Positions 32,202 to 43,000 of a stretch of 64,000 nt of DNA are shown here, one piece after another; the first letter of the stretch is position 1; every line of letters starts with the position of its first letter. The notes beneath the pieces were generated by a model. It was not told the origin of the DNA, ran no database searches, and worked only from the letters and a program-made list of their open reading frames with translations. A program made the position numbers and the translations under genes. This stretch comes from Oligoflexia bacterium (GTDB taxonomy: Bacteria > Bdellovibrionota > Bdellovibrionia > JABDDW01), in the NCBI GenBank assembly GCA_043732305.1, contig JAYTHU010000231.1:1-64000 (forward strand), written 5' to 3'.

Positions 32202-33253
32202 GTTATTTCCGTTTTACTCTTGATCGAAGCCATATCAATCACATATCTAAAATCGGCTTTCTTGTCATTTATGATTTCGTAAGCCTCATTCACTTTTTCA
32301 ATTGAAATGATCTTTATATTCGGCTGAATGTTATTTTTAGCGCAAAAATCAAGAACGTCTTGAGTTTCCGCAATACTTCCAATCAGTGAAGAACCCAGAC
32401 TTCTTCTATCTGGAATCATTTTAGTCATGTCTATTGGTTTTGTTAAAGGCGCAATACAACCCACAATGACAAGATGCCCATCGAGGTTTAAAAGCTTCAC
32501 ATAGGGATTCACGTCGTGGGGCTGCGGAATAGTGCTAATAATAAAATCCAAAGTTTTTTCGTTAGATCTCATTTCTTTATGATCATTCGCATCTATAACT
32601 TCTATGGCACCCAATTCAAGGGCATAATCTTTCTTTTCAATAGAAGTCGTGAGCACCGTCACTTCAGCACCCATAGCGATCGCTAATTTTACTGCCATAT
32701 GACCCAATCCGCCCAATCCCGCTACACCCACTTTTGTCCCTTTTTTCACATCCCAATGGCGCATTGGAGAAAACGTTGTGACACCGGCACAAAGTATTGG
32801 AGCTGCTGCTGCTGGATCAAGATTTGGAGGAATTCTTAAAACGAAATTTTCGGGCACAACAATCGAATCAGAATATCCTCCAAAAGTATTATTTTCTGTT
32901 GTGGGTTTGCGCATATTCCCGTTGTACGTCGCAAGGAATCCGTCATCGCAATAATTTTCAAGACCATCTTTGCATGCGGGGCACTTGTGGCACGAATCAA
33001 CCATGCAGCCGACGCCGGCCATGTCTCCAACTTTAAATTTTTTAACATCACCGCCCATCTTCACAATTTTACCAACAATTTCGTGACCTGGGAGGCACGG
33101 ATAGACAGTGTTTCTCCACTCGTTTCTAACTTGATGAATGTCTGAATGGCAAACTCCGCAGTACATAATATCAATAAGAACTTCATTCGGTTGGGGGTCT
33201 CGTTTTTCAAACTCAAATGGTTTAAGTTCACTGTGCGAAGATATGGCTGCATA
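32198..33253 (-). CDS. Zn-dependent NAD(P) alcohol dehydrogenase (cinnamyl-ADH type); native start codon missing
   Basis: CGVCHSD, PGHE, C..C..C.......C, GLGGLGH. Homology extends upstream of ATG 33166 (YAAISSHSELKPFEFEKRDPQPNEVLIDI) with no in-frame ATG/GTG/TTG. Confidence 0.85.
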   Translation of the reverse strand, partial: YAAISSHSELKPFEFEKRDPQPNEVLIDIMYCGVCHSDIHQVRNEWRNTVYPCLPGHEIVGKIVKMGGDVKKFKVGDMAGVGCMVDSCHKCPACKDGLENYCDDGFLATYNGNMRKPTTENNTFGGYSDSIVVPENFVLRIPPNLDPAAAAPILCAGVTTFSPMRHWDVKKGTKVGVAGLGGLGHMAVKLAIAMGAEVTVLTTSIEKKDYALELGAIEVIDANDHKEMRSNEKTLDFIISTIPQPHDVNPYVKLLNLDGHLVIVGCIAPLTKPIDMTKMIPDRRSLGSSLIGSIAETQDVLDFCAKNNIQPNIKIISIEKVNEAYEIINDKKADFRYVIDMASIKSKTEIT

Positions 33254-33475
33254 TATATTGGGGCAGATGTATCCTGTTTCACGAGAACAGGCACAGGCAT
33301 CGCGCGGTTTGTCCCCGACATGAGATTGAATATTTGATCTACTCTTCTCTTCGGCAAAGCCAACATAAAGGGAGAATTTTTTGAGACCTATAATTTTACT
33401 TTTTGAATCTAATATTTTTATGACGCGTTTTGCATAATAGGCGCAGTTTATTTTATCTGCCGTAATACGCCATCT

Positions 33476-34345
33476 TCAGTTCGCATCTTTTGCATGAGGC
33501 TTACGCATTATAAGATCAAAGGTTTCGCCTTCTGAAAGAATATGTAAGCGCACATCGTGACAGGACATGGTTTTATCCGCCGATGCTTCTGAAATATTTG
33601 TGTAAGTGACACCTGTTCCATCAATAATATAAACAGCGTTCTCTCCAATGACGTGAAAATGATCTTGCTTCACAACAATAGCGGTATTCTCGTCGATGCC
33701 CACGCCAAGCACTCCCGGGTTCATGGAGACTGCACCAAGCAAACGGCCAACTCGACCCCGCTGAGCAAAATGTTGATCGATAATCATATTTTCTAAAAGT
33801 CCAAGTCCTGGCGCCATCATCCAATTCCCAATTTTATGAGAATCCAATTGATCATTTCCGACGAGCATCATTTTTCCCATGACTGCCGCACCAGCAGATG
33901 TTCCAGCGATCGTGCCACCTTGCTTAAACAGTTTAAAAATTTTCTCTACGATTGGACTTCCCCCAAGTTTGGTAGTGATTTTAAGCTGATCTCCCCCGGT
34001 GAAGAAAAAAACTTTAGCGTCTTCAAAAAGTAAATCGACATCCACGACTCGAGCTTCATCAGGTTGATTGATATCCAAATGTTCAATAGATTTTACTCCT
34101 AAAGACTTAAATATTTTATTGTACTCAGTCCACACTTGAGAAGGAATTTGACTGGCGACAGTTGAGACAATGAGTTTTCCGCCATCTACTTTTGCGGCGA
34201 TCTCTTTCAAAATGGCAAGATCACCGATTTTATCTTCATTGCCACCAACGATAATCAGACTACCCGCAATTCCTTCAGATTCACGGCGAACAACTACGGG
34301 GAGTGCAGATTTTTTAATTTTTTTTTTAGTTTTAGTGGATTTCAT
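33476..34345 (-). CDS. cphB: Cyanophycinase
   Basis: IIVGGNEDK, FTGGDQ, GTSAGA nucleophile motif, IDQHF.QRGR.GRL, GIDENT; downstream of cphA. Confidence 0.93.
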   Translation of the reverse strand: MKSTKTKKKIKKSALPVVVRRESEGIAGSLIIVGGNEDKIGDLAILKEIAAKVDGGKLIVSTVASQIPSQVWTEYNKIFKSLGVKSIEHLDINQPDEARVVDVDLLFEDAKVFFFTGGDQLKITTKLGGSPIVEKIFKLFKQGGTIAGTSAGAAVMGKMMLVGNDQLDSHKIGNWMMAPGLGLLENMIIDQHFAQRGRVGRLLGAVSMNPGVLGVGIDENTAIVVKQDHFHVIGENAVYIIDGTGVTYTNISEASADKTMSCHDVRLHILSEGETFDLIMRKPHAKDAN

Positions 34346-35477
34346 AAATATCAAATCCTCGGCGTTTCAAATGAGTAAGTTTCGTAAATGATGTGCTTCC
34401 GTCCTTTACAAAAAATTTACCTTTGGACAGAACGTGTCGCAGTTCCAGATCTTGACGAGTAAAAGCAATGATGTCGGCATCGAAACCTTCCTGGAGCTTG
34501 CCTTTTCTAGATAACTTTAAAACATTCGCAGTATTTGACGTGAAGTGAGGAAGAAGGTCGCCGAAGGGGATTTTATGTTCAAGAACACAATTGCGAATTT
34601 CCGACCAAATTTCTTTAGCGGAAGAATATCCAGCATCGGACGAAACGGTCATCTGATTTTTAGGGCCACCCTCGTTTAAATACAACCTATACCAACGAGC
34701 AAGATTTCGTTCGCAAATATCAAAATCCATAAAGCAACCTTTGCGGGCAAGCTCAATTCCTTCTCTCACGAGGGCCTCACTACGATCCATGTGAGTCATA
34801 AATAATTTTGCCGGATCAATCACTTGTGAATTCATTAGCTCCCGCACAGACTGAAGCTTTCTATCTCCAGTGCCCACATGAAAATGTGTGATGCCAGCCT
34901 TTCCAGAGAGCATGCCGCCAACGGCCGCATCAATAGACGCACGCGCAAGTTCAGCAGGCGTGGGTTCCGGGGCTCGATGATCAGAGATTGCAATTTCTCC
35001 CACACCGATTATTTCAGAAATGAAAATGAGATCGTTCCGAACAGAACCCGTGATTGTTTTCGGAGGGCAATCATAGCCACCAACATAACAAAATGCAGTC
35101 AGCCCAATCTCATTAAACGATTTTACTTTAGCCAACAAATCAGGCATCGCTTTGGTTGTTGTGTCCACACCAAGTGTGCCCACAACTGTAGTGATTCCCC
35201 CAAGAACGCATTCTGAAATTAAAACTTCAGGACTCTGGGAGTGAAATCCGCCCCCCTCCCCACTGCCTCCCGCTAAATGCAAATGGGGATCGAGGAGAGC
35301 GGGAGCAAGCCCAAGTCCTTCACAGTCAATGATTTCTACTTCACCTGGATATTTGCAGATCCATTCCGTGGAAATTTTGCCAATCTTTTCAATAGTTGAA
35401 TCCAAGACAAGAACATCTGCCCGAATGACAATGCCCTCCGGTAAAAAGCATTCCCCATTGATCAGTAATTTGATCAC
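34332..35477 (-). CDS. iadA: Isoaspartyl dipeptidase (beta-aspartyl peptidase)
   Basis: DPHLHLAGGSGEGG, GTLGVD, GEIAISDHR, HFHVG, THMDR, SSDAG. Confidence 0.9.
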   Translation of the reverse strand: MIKLLINGECFLPEGIVIRADVLVLDSTIEKIGKISTEWICKYPGEVEIIDCEGLGLAPALLDPHLHLAGGSGEGGGFHSQSPEVLISECVLGGITTVVGTLGVDTTTKAMPDLLAKVKSFNEIGLTAFCYVGGYDCPPKTITGSVRNDLIFISEIIGVGEIAISDHRAPEPTPAELARASIDAAVGGMLSGKAGITHFHVGTGDRKLQSVRELMNSQVIDPAKLFMTHMDRSEALVREGIELARKGCFMDFDICERNLARWYRLYLNEGGPKNQMTVSSDAGYSSAKEIWSEIRNCVLEHKIPFGDLLPHFTSNTANVLKLSRKGKLQEGFDADIIAFTRQDLELRHVLSKGKFFVKDGSTSFTKLTHLKRRGFDIYEIH

Positions 35478-38212
35478 TTATATCCTATCGAATTAAATAC
35501 CTGTCCTGAACTTGATGTATTATCTTTTGCAGCGTAGGCGGAAGTTTGATTTATTCCTGGCTGTTTAACTGGGCCGGGCATATGTGGGATAAAATGAACT
35601 GGTGTGGGATCAAAATTTCTTATGATCTTAAGCGATGTTTCAAGTTGATCATAAAATATGACAACAATTTCCTTTTGTTGCATAGTTGAAAGTGCAAGTT
35701 CGATAGCTACATCCTCACGTGGAATCACCTGGCATTCAATATGTGGGAATTCCCTCTCGATTATACTCGCCATCAAAAGCGGAATTTCCCCCACCTTACG
35801 ACCGCGTAAATCTTGGTCCTCTTTAATAATCACCTTATCAAAATACGGAGCAAAACTGCGCACGCCTTGCTCAAGCAATTCATCACGTCGGTCACCCGGA
35901 AGGCCAACGACTGCCGTGGTCTTATAAAATCTATAATTTTCCAACATTTTACCAATAGCAACGAATGCATCAGGATTGTGTCCGTAATCAAGAACCACAT
36001 AATTTTCACGAACGACATAAATATTAAGGCGACCAATATTTTCTTGTGCAGGATTAAAAGTTTTTAATTTTTCAAAAACCTCTTGAGGCCTCATTCCCAA
36101 GCCGACCGCACCGCAGATAACGGCCAACGAATTCGAGATTTGAAATTCCGCTAGCCCGCCCATTGTCACAGGAAGATCCGAAACTTGGCCTAAGGTCTCA
36201 AGCTTTCCGCTCACACTGCAGTGAACAATTCCTTCTTCCACCCAGCATGCATCTTGTGCCGAATGAAGATGCCGATGAATAGAAAGATTTGCATCTTTCA
36301 CTGAGTACAACATGATATTTCTCTTTAGATTTGTAACAGAACGATGCGCAAGCAGACTCATCGCATTCTTGTCATCGGCATTAAGAACTATTGTTCCGCC
36401 TAGCCGCACTCGCTCGACAACCAGTGATTTAATTCTCACTAAGTCTTCCATATCTTCAATTCCATCTTGGCCAATGTGATCGGGTCTGATATTTGTGATG
36501 ATCCCAATATCCGACCAATCATAAGCAAGTCCTCCGCGCATTATTCCACCACGAGCAAGCTCCAAAACAGCGCAATCAACTTGAGGATCGTTCAAAACTT
36601 TTGCAGCGGAAAGTGGCCCGGATGTATCGCCGTGGTCTATCTTATGATCACCGATCCAAACACCATCACTGGAAGTCATGCCAACGCAATCAAACTTTGC
36701 AGAAAGAACTTTAGCGAGCATACGTACAGAAGAAGTTTTGCCATTTGTACCAGTGACACCTACGATAGGGATTCGAGAAGAACTTGAATCCCCTTTCGGG
36801 TAAAGCATCCGCACAATATCTTTTCCAACTTGCCGTGGCATTCCTTCATTAGGCGCGAGATGCATTCTCAAGCCAGGACCAGCATTGACTTCAATGACCT
36901 TTGCTCCGTCTTCTACCGGCTTTGAAATATCTGAATGAATCAGATCGACACCACATATGTCGAGACCGACGAGACAAGTCGCCCTTTCGCACATTGCTTT
37001 CACAGATGGATGAACATCGTCAGTAACGTCTCTTGCTGTCCCTCCTCCAGAAAGATTGGCATTTTCTCGGAGATATATTTTTTCATCAAATTTCGGGATT
37101 ATTTCAAGACTCTGATTTTGTTTTTGCAACGTTTTTAACAGCATCTCATCAATTTCGATTTTAGTGAGAGCTCCACCGTGACCTTCCACTCGTCGAGAAT
37201 CCTCATTCAGCACTTCAATTAATTTTCCAATGGTCGACACATTATCACCCGTCACAAAAGGTGGAATCCGCTCTGCAGCAGCAACCATTTTCCCATCGAC
37301 CATTAAAACTCGATAGTCTTTACCGGGACACATCTCCTCAATCAAGATTCCATCAGAAAATTTTCGAGCTAATTGGAACGCGAAAGTAGCCTCTTGAATT
37401 GAATTTACGTTTAAGCAAACACCTTCTCCGTGATGGCCATCATAAGGTTTTATTGCAATAGGAAACTTAATTTCGCTGAGACCATCTAAAAGTTCAGTGA
37501 TGCTATAAACTAAACTCCCTGCAGGCACCGGGACCCCACCGGCTATTAGAATATTTTTGGTCAGAGATTTATCTTGTACAAGTTCAACAGCAATATTGCT
37601 CGTTCTATCTGTTACCGCCGCTTGCACGTGACGAATATTTTTTCCGTATCCTAATCTAAGAAGAGAATTTTCAGAAACTCGGCGACATGGAATTCCTCGG
37701 TCTACAGCGGCATCATAGATGGCCTGCGTGCTCGGCCCCATTTTTGTTCGAGCCACGGTGCTTTTAATTACTGAAAGCGAAGAGGCTAATTCGAAAAGTT
37801 GGCCTTCCAATAGTTTTGAAACTACTTCGACAGCCAACCTATGACATGCCATCATGCCTTCTTCATTTTCAAAGCAAGTCACGACATCATATAAACCAGG
37901 GGATCCCGCATAGACAGTTTTTCCATAAGTCACGCCAATCCCGGCAAGTTCGCTTAATTCTATGGCCACATGTTCAGTCACATGGGCTAAATATGTTCCA
38001 CGATTTAATCTCTCAATAAATCCGCCGCGATAACCCGGAGAACAAGTGTGTTCAACCATGCCAGGGAAAAGGGAAAGCAATCGCGAAACAAAATCCGGAA
38101 TCTGGTGGGTACCAGTTTCGGCTAAATTTTTTAGATTTAGTCGCGAGATAATCACAGGCCTATTGTGAAAAATCCCGGGGCCATGAATAGCCTTAATTTT
38201 TGTAATTTCCAT
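35474..38212 (-). CDS. cphA: Cyanophycin synthetase CphA1
   Basis: N-domain C-x19-H-x2-EH (EHTC...GGF.ERL..GTYLAHVTEH), ATP-grasp domain (EVNAGPGLRMH), Mur-ligase domain (GTNGKT, ARGGI, DYGHNP). Confidence 0.95.
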   Translation of the reverse strand: MEITKIKAIHGPGIFHNRPVIISRLNLKNLAETGTHQIPDFVSRLLSLFPGMVEHTCSPGYRGGFIERLNRGTYLAHVTEHVAIELSELAGIGVTYGKTVYAGSPGLYDVVTCFENEEGMMACHRLAVEVVSKLLEGQLFELASSLSVIKSTVARTKMGPSTQAIYDAAVDRGIPCRRVSENSLLRLGYGKNIRHVQAAVTDRTSNIAVELVQDKSLTKNILIAGGVPVPAGSLVYSITELLDGLSEIKFPIAIKPYDGHHGEGVCLNVNSIQEATFAFQLARKFSDGILIEEMCPGKDYRVLMVDGKMVAAAERIPPFVTGDNVSTIGKLIEVLNEDSRRVEGHGGALTKIEIDEMLLKTLQKQNQSLEIIPKFDEKIYLRENANLSGGGTARDVTDDVHPSVKAMCERATCLVGLDICGVDLIHSDISKPVEDGAKVIEVNAGPGLRMHLAPNEGMPRQVGKDIVRMLYPKGDSSSSRIPIVGVTGTNGKTSSVRMLAKVLSAKFDCVGMTSSDGVWIGDHKIDHGDTSGPLSAAKVLNDPQVDCAVLELARGGIMRGGLAYDWSDIGIITNIRPDHIGQDGIEDMEDLVRIKSLVVERVRLGGTIVLNADDKNAMSLLAHRSVTNLKRNIMLYSVKDANLSIHRHLHSAQDACWVEEGIVHCSVSGKLETLGQVSDLPVTMGGLAEFQISNSLAVICGAVGLGMRPQEVFEKLKTFNPAQENIGRLNIYVVRENYVVLDYGHNPDAFVAIGKMLENYRFYKTTAVVGLPGDRRDELLEQGVRSFAPYFDKVIIKEDQDLRGRKVGEIPLLMASIIEREFPHIECQVIPREDVAIELALSTMQQKEIVVIFYDQLETSLKIIRNFDPTPVHFIPHMPGPVKQPGINQTSAYAAKDNTSSSGQVFNSIGYK

Positions 38213-38218
38213 AATCGA

Positions 38219-38755
38219 TTATTGTCTTTGGGTTATATCGAAATTCTTAAATTTTTCAGTGAGTCTAGGCGGCATGAGATTAGCAACCATATCCAGAGTA
38301 GTTTTAACGATTCCTTCACCTTTGATTTCGGGTTTCAATGCATTAAAGGTTTCAGCCATAGAAACAGCTTCGTCCTCGGTAAATAATTTTCTACCCGCAG
38401 AAAACATTTCCGATTCTTCTTCGCGGATATGATGTTCCAAAGCGTCTCTTAATTTTTTTGCGATGGTTTTCCAAGTCGTGTCTAACTTATCCATCACTTG
38501 AAGAGAACGCAAAAGTCCTTCAGCCATCATGTGCTCAGCATAGCCGTGCATGGCCAGACTTTTTGATGCGTCCATCATTCGCAATGAATTATAAAGCACA
38601 GCCTCTTCAGCTCGAGAATGTGGAATGAGTTCATCCCTTATATGTGAAATCAATTGATGTCGCACTTCTGAATTTTCTTCGTTCAGATTAACGAGTTGAT
38701 TAAGAAGTTGTTTTACTTTGGCGTGATCTGTTGCGAGCGCTTCATATATATCCAT
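38219..38755 (-). CDS. Hemerythrin-like (HHE) domain protein
   Basis: DH..VK, H..AEE..LY, EH, LEHHI.EEE; GGAGG RBS; 6 nt from cphA. Confidence 0.85.
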   Translation of the reverse strand: MDIYEALATDHAKVKQLLNQLVNLNEENSEVRHQLISHIRDELIPHSRAEEAVLYNSLRMMDASKSLAMHGYAEHMMAEGLLRSLQVMDKLDTTWKTIAKKLRDALEHHIREEESEMFSAGRKLFTEDEAVSMAETFNALKPEIKGEGIVKTTLDMVANLMPPRLTEKFKNFDITQRQ

Positions 38756-38805
38756 AAATCCTCCGGGTTAAATTAGCTGATGAGAGCTTCTTTAACCTTA
38801 AGGAT

Positions 38806-38821
38806 TGCAATATCGAGACCT
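38806..38821 (-). promoter_or_regulatory. Putative sigma54 promoter for the hemerythrin-cph operon
   Basis: Minus strand AGGTCTCGATATTGCA (GG-N10-GC), ~50 nt upstream of the ATG. Confidence 0.4.
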
Positions 38822-38912
38822 AGCCTGTGATCGATCTAGAAGATTTTACCCTGTGCATATGTGGATTAAGACCACGTAGGCCAGGATTTAAGTGGATATT
38901 CTCTACTTTATT

Positions 38913-40073
38913 TCAGAGAAAAAGAGGCGACGGCTTGTCCAAGTTCAAAGGGAGATCAACGATAAAAGTTGCTCCTCTGGAAAGCTCACTTTCAACTTTA
39001 ATGTATCCATCGTGACTTCCCAACACTTGTCTCACAATATAGAGACCGAGTCCCAATCCGCTGATCTCACTTCCAGAAACTGCGCGTTCAAATCTTTCGA
39101 AAATTCGCTCGTGGTTTTCTTTTGCGATCCCCCGCCCCTCATCATGGACCAACATTCGCGCTCCACTCGGAGAAAGTTTCACTTCAATCACAATTGATTT
39201 TCCACTTCCATATCGAATGGCATTCGTCAGTAAATTCATAATCACTTGACCGATACGAAAACGATCCCATTTTCCCACTACAGGACCGTCAGATTTTAAA
39301 CTTACGGGGCAAAGTGCAGCCTCTGATTGCTCTGAGCATCTTTCAATCTGATCCTGCGCCACTCCTACAAGGTCAAACACTTCAAGTTTTAATGATAATT
39401 TACCAGTATTGATTCGCGTGACATCAAGCATATCTTCAACCAATCGAGAAATTCGGTGGAGTTGCTTCTCATCAGAATCAAACATTTTTGCGAGACGCGA
39501 GGGCGTAAAGCTTGAAACATCACCGCCACTCACAGCTCGCTTTCGAAGTTGCGTCTGCAATAACATTGAAGTGAGGGGTGTATTCAGTTCATGGGAAGCA
39601 ATAGACATGAACTCATCGCGAATTCTGACAGCTTTCTCAAGTTGAATTTGTGTGTTCATGAGTTTGATCAGCAGATCTTCTTGTTCACGCTTTCGCCGGA
39701 AAAGTTCGATAAAAATACTCACTTTATTTTTAACAGTGTGCGAATCCAATGGTTTTGCCAAAAAATCCACAGCTCCGCTCTCATAACCTTTGAATTGTGA
39801 TTGCTGATCCTTTGCCGTCGCTGAAACAAATATTATTGGAATATCTTTAGTTTTCCTAGTCCCACGCATAAATTCTGCTAACTCAAATCCACTCATCATG
39901 GGCATATGCACATCTATAAGTGCCAATGCAAACTCGTGAGTGATCATCAGATCTAAAGCTTCAGTTCCTGATTTAGCCGTGAAGATTTTTAAATCGGCAC
40001 GTCTAAGAAGAGCTTCCAAAGCAAGAAGATTATCTTTCAAATCATCAACTAGGAGAATGTTAGTTTGTTGCAT
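38913..40073 (-). CDS. Hybrid REC-histidine kinase
   Basis: ILLVDD...LIDV.MP receiver, then ASHELNTPL, NLL.NAI.YG, GLGLGL. Confidence 0.92.
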   Translation of the reverse strand: MQQTNILLVDDLKDNLLALEALLRRADLKIFTAKSGTEALDLMITHEFALALIDVHMPMMSGFELAEFMRGTRKTKDIPIIFVSATAKDQQSQFKGYESGAVDFLAKPLDSHTVKNKVSIFIELFRRKREQEDLLIKLMNTQIQLEKAVRIRDEFMSIASHELNTPLTSMLLQTQLRKRAVSGGDVSSFTPSRLAKMFDSDEKQLHRISRLVEDMLDVTRINTGKLSLKLEVFDLVGVAQDQIERCSEQSEAALCPVSLKSDGPVVGKWDRFRIGQVIMNLLTNAIRYGSGKSIVIEVKLSPSGARMLVHDEGRGIAKENHERIFERFERAVSGSEISGLGLGLYIVRQVLGSHDGYIKVESELSRGATFIVDLPLNLDKPSPLFL

Positions 40074-43000
40074 CAGTATTCACTACAGAGAAAGCCGACA
40101 AAGGAGTTTCACTATCAGGAATATTCCTCTTAAGCGCCCAAACACGGATGAGGGAAAGAAGTTTCTCTAGGTCAACTGGTTTAGAAACATAATCGTTAGT
40201 ACCAGCTTCTAAACACTTCTCTAGATCGTCTTTCATTGCCTTTGCAGTCACGGCTATGATTGGAAGATTAGCAAATCTTTTCTGTTTTCTGATTCTTTTT
40301 GTTGCCTCGTAACCGTCCATTTCGGGCATCATGATATCCATAAGAACCAAATCTATAAGAGGATCCTCATCCAACCTATCTAGAGCTTCTTGACCATTAC
40401 GGCCCACAAATACTGTGGCTCCTTTTTGCTCTAAAACACTAGTTAGAGCAAAAATATTTCTAATGTCATCATCTACCAAAAGTATTTTCTTACCCTTAAA
40501 TACTTGTTCATGGTTTCTCACAGTTTTAAGCATCTTTTTTTGAATCTGAGTCATCTTTGATTCGACACTATGAAGAATCAAACTGACTTCATCTAATAAT
40601 CTCTCGGGAGACCTGGCCCCCTTGATAATAATTGATCTTGAAAGTTTTTTTAATTTATCTTGTTGAGCCAACGAGAGGTCGCTTCCTGTGTAAACAATGA
40701 CAGGGGGACAGGATAAAATCTTTTCCCTAGCCATACGTTCAAGAAGCTCATCACCTGGGAAATCGGGAAGTTTTAAATCCATAATCATGCAATCAAAAGA
40801 ATTTTTCTTGAGCTGCTCAAGAGCTTCGCGGGCAGAACTCGCCATAAAAATCTCAGTAGATTCATCGGATATAAGTTGGCAGATACTCGTCCTTTGTAGT
40901 TCGTCATTCTCGACAACGAGAACTCGATTGATCTTTTGAGAAAACTTAGCGTCGAATCTATCAAAAGCAGATTTAATTTCATCATATTCGACGGGCTTGA
41001 AAATAAATCCAATGGCACCCATCTGCAAAGATGCATTCGAATAATCTTCAATGGACATCACCTGCACAGGAATGTGTCTCGTGAGAGTATTCTCTTTCAA
41101 ACGATCTAGAACGGTAAGACCAAGATGATCAGGAAGTATCATATCTAAAATTATTGCATCCGGATTGTATTCCAATGCCAATTCAAAACCCTCATCGGCG
41201 CCTTGAGCAACGATGCATTTGTATTTAAATTCATGAGCGACATCGAGCAATATTTTTGCAAACTTTGTGTCGTCTTCAATGACCAAAATTGTTCTTCCAG
41301 GCGCACGCAGATTCGCACGATCATCTTCGAAAGGAAGAGGGGCCCATGGAATAGCCTTTTCAAAATTACGATGATTGATAGGATTTTTTCTAAAAGCCAC
41401 CTCGGGAGCAGATTCAGCCATCGTGAATGATTCACTCATGGCTTTTGGTAGTATAAGTGTGAATCGACTTCCTTGACCCGCAGCACTCTCTACTTCAATA
41501 CTTCCGCCAAGAAGTTTTGCGAGATCACGTGAAATAGAAAGTCCTAATCCTGTTCCACCATATTTTCTATTTGTTGTGCCATCAGCCTGTCTGAAAGCCT
41601 CAAAGATTATCGCCTGTTGCTCCCGTGGAATTCCGATTCCAGAATCGCTCACTTCAAAGGCTATGGAACCGTCAGAATGGTTGTACAATCTAATTTTTAC
41701 CGAACCCTTTTCAGTAAATTTAAGAGCATTTGAAATCAAGTTTTTCAAAATCTGATCTAAACGTTGACGATCTGTCAAAAATGATTGAGGCACATCAACT
41801 TCGTAACTGACTTCAAATATTAAATTTTTCTCACGAGCCAGAGATTGGAAGGTGTGCTTCAGACCCTCAATAACTTTTATAATCACAACTTTTTCGACAC
41901 GGATGTCTAATTTACCGGCTTCAACTTTTGAGAGGTCTAATATATCGTTGATAAGATTGAGCAGATCATTGCCGGAAGAGTATATTGACGTCGCAAACTG
42001 AATTTGTTCATCAGTCAAGTTATCGCTCGTGTTGTCCATTAAAAGCTTCGCAAGGATAAGAGAGCTGTTAAGCGGTGTGCGGAGTTCATGGGACATATTC
42101 GCCAAAAATTCCGACTTGTACTCACTCGCTCTTTGAACTTCATTAGCTTTTTCTTCTAATAAAACTTGAGCCTTATTCAAAGCCTCATTTTGTTTTTGAA
42201 CTTTTTTACGGACATCAGAAGTGTTGATGGCGATTCCAATATTTTCAGAAACGTGACTTAAAAACGCTCGTTGATGCTCTGTAAAGGTATGTAGCGAGCC
42301 CAGTTCAATCACACCTGTAACTTCGTTTTCATATAGAATAGGACAAATTAGAATGGATCTCGGTCGCAGCTCGCCCAAGCCAGATTCTATTTTACTAAAA
42401 TAATCAGAAGGCATTTCCTCAATCAACAGAGATTTTTTCTCAATCGCGACTTGGCCTACAAGTCCCTCGCCAAATTCGATGATTCTCTCGGCAGATTTAG
42501 TTTTAGCAAGAGCATGACCACTTACCATTTGTAGTTTTTTATCATCAGTCACCAAGTAAAATGCACCGATCTGGGCATTCGTGAATGGAACCAAATGACT
42601 TAGAATACTTTGCCCAAGACGGGAAATGATTTGTTCACCGCGCATTTTTTCTGAAAGCGCAATTTGCCCTTCGCGCAGATAATCCAACTCTCTTAATTTT
42701 TCTTTGAGGGACACCTCAGATTGCTTTCTCTCCGTAATATCGCGTTCGGTAGTGGCAATTCCGGTGAGCTTTCCTTTTTCATCCGTGAGCTTGGTATTTG
42801 TCAACCAGACGTCGATAATTCTACCGTCTCTATGTTTTCTTTTAGTCTCAAGATTAGGTAAAAGTTCTCCACGTTTTAGTGATGCTAAGAACCCACGTGC
42901 TTCCTCTTGATATTCCTTAGGAACGGTATCGACAATATTCATGCTCAAGGCTTCAGCTTGAGAGTATCCGTAAATTATTTCTGCGGCTTTATTCCAGGCT

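Noticed and set aside
33061..33366. 101-aa ORF as a frameshifted ADH N-terminus
   Set aside because: The ADH-like residues lie in the main ADH frame; this ORF shows no ADH similarity.
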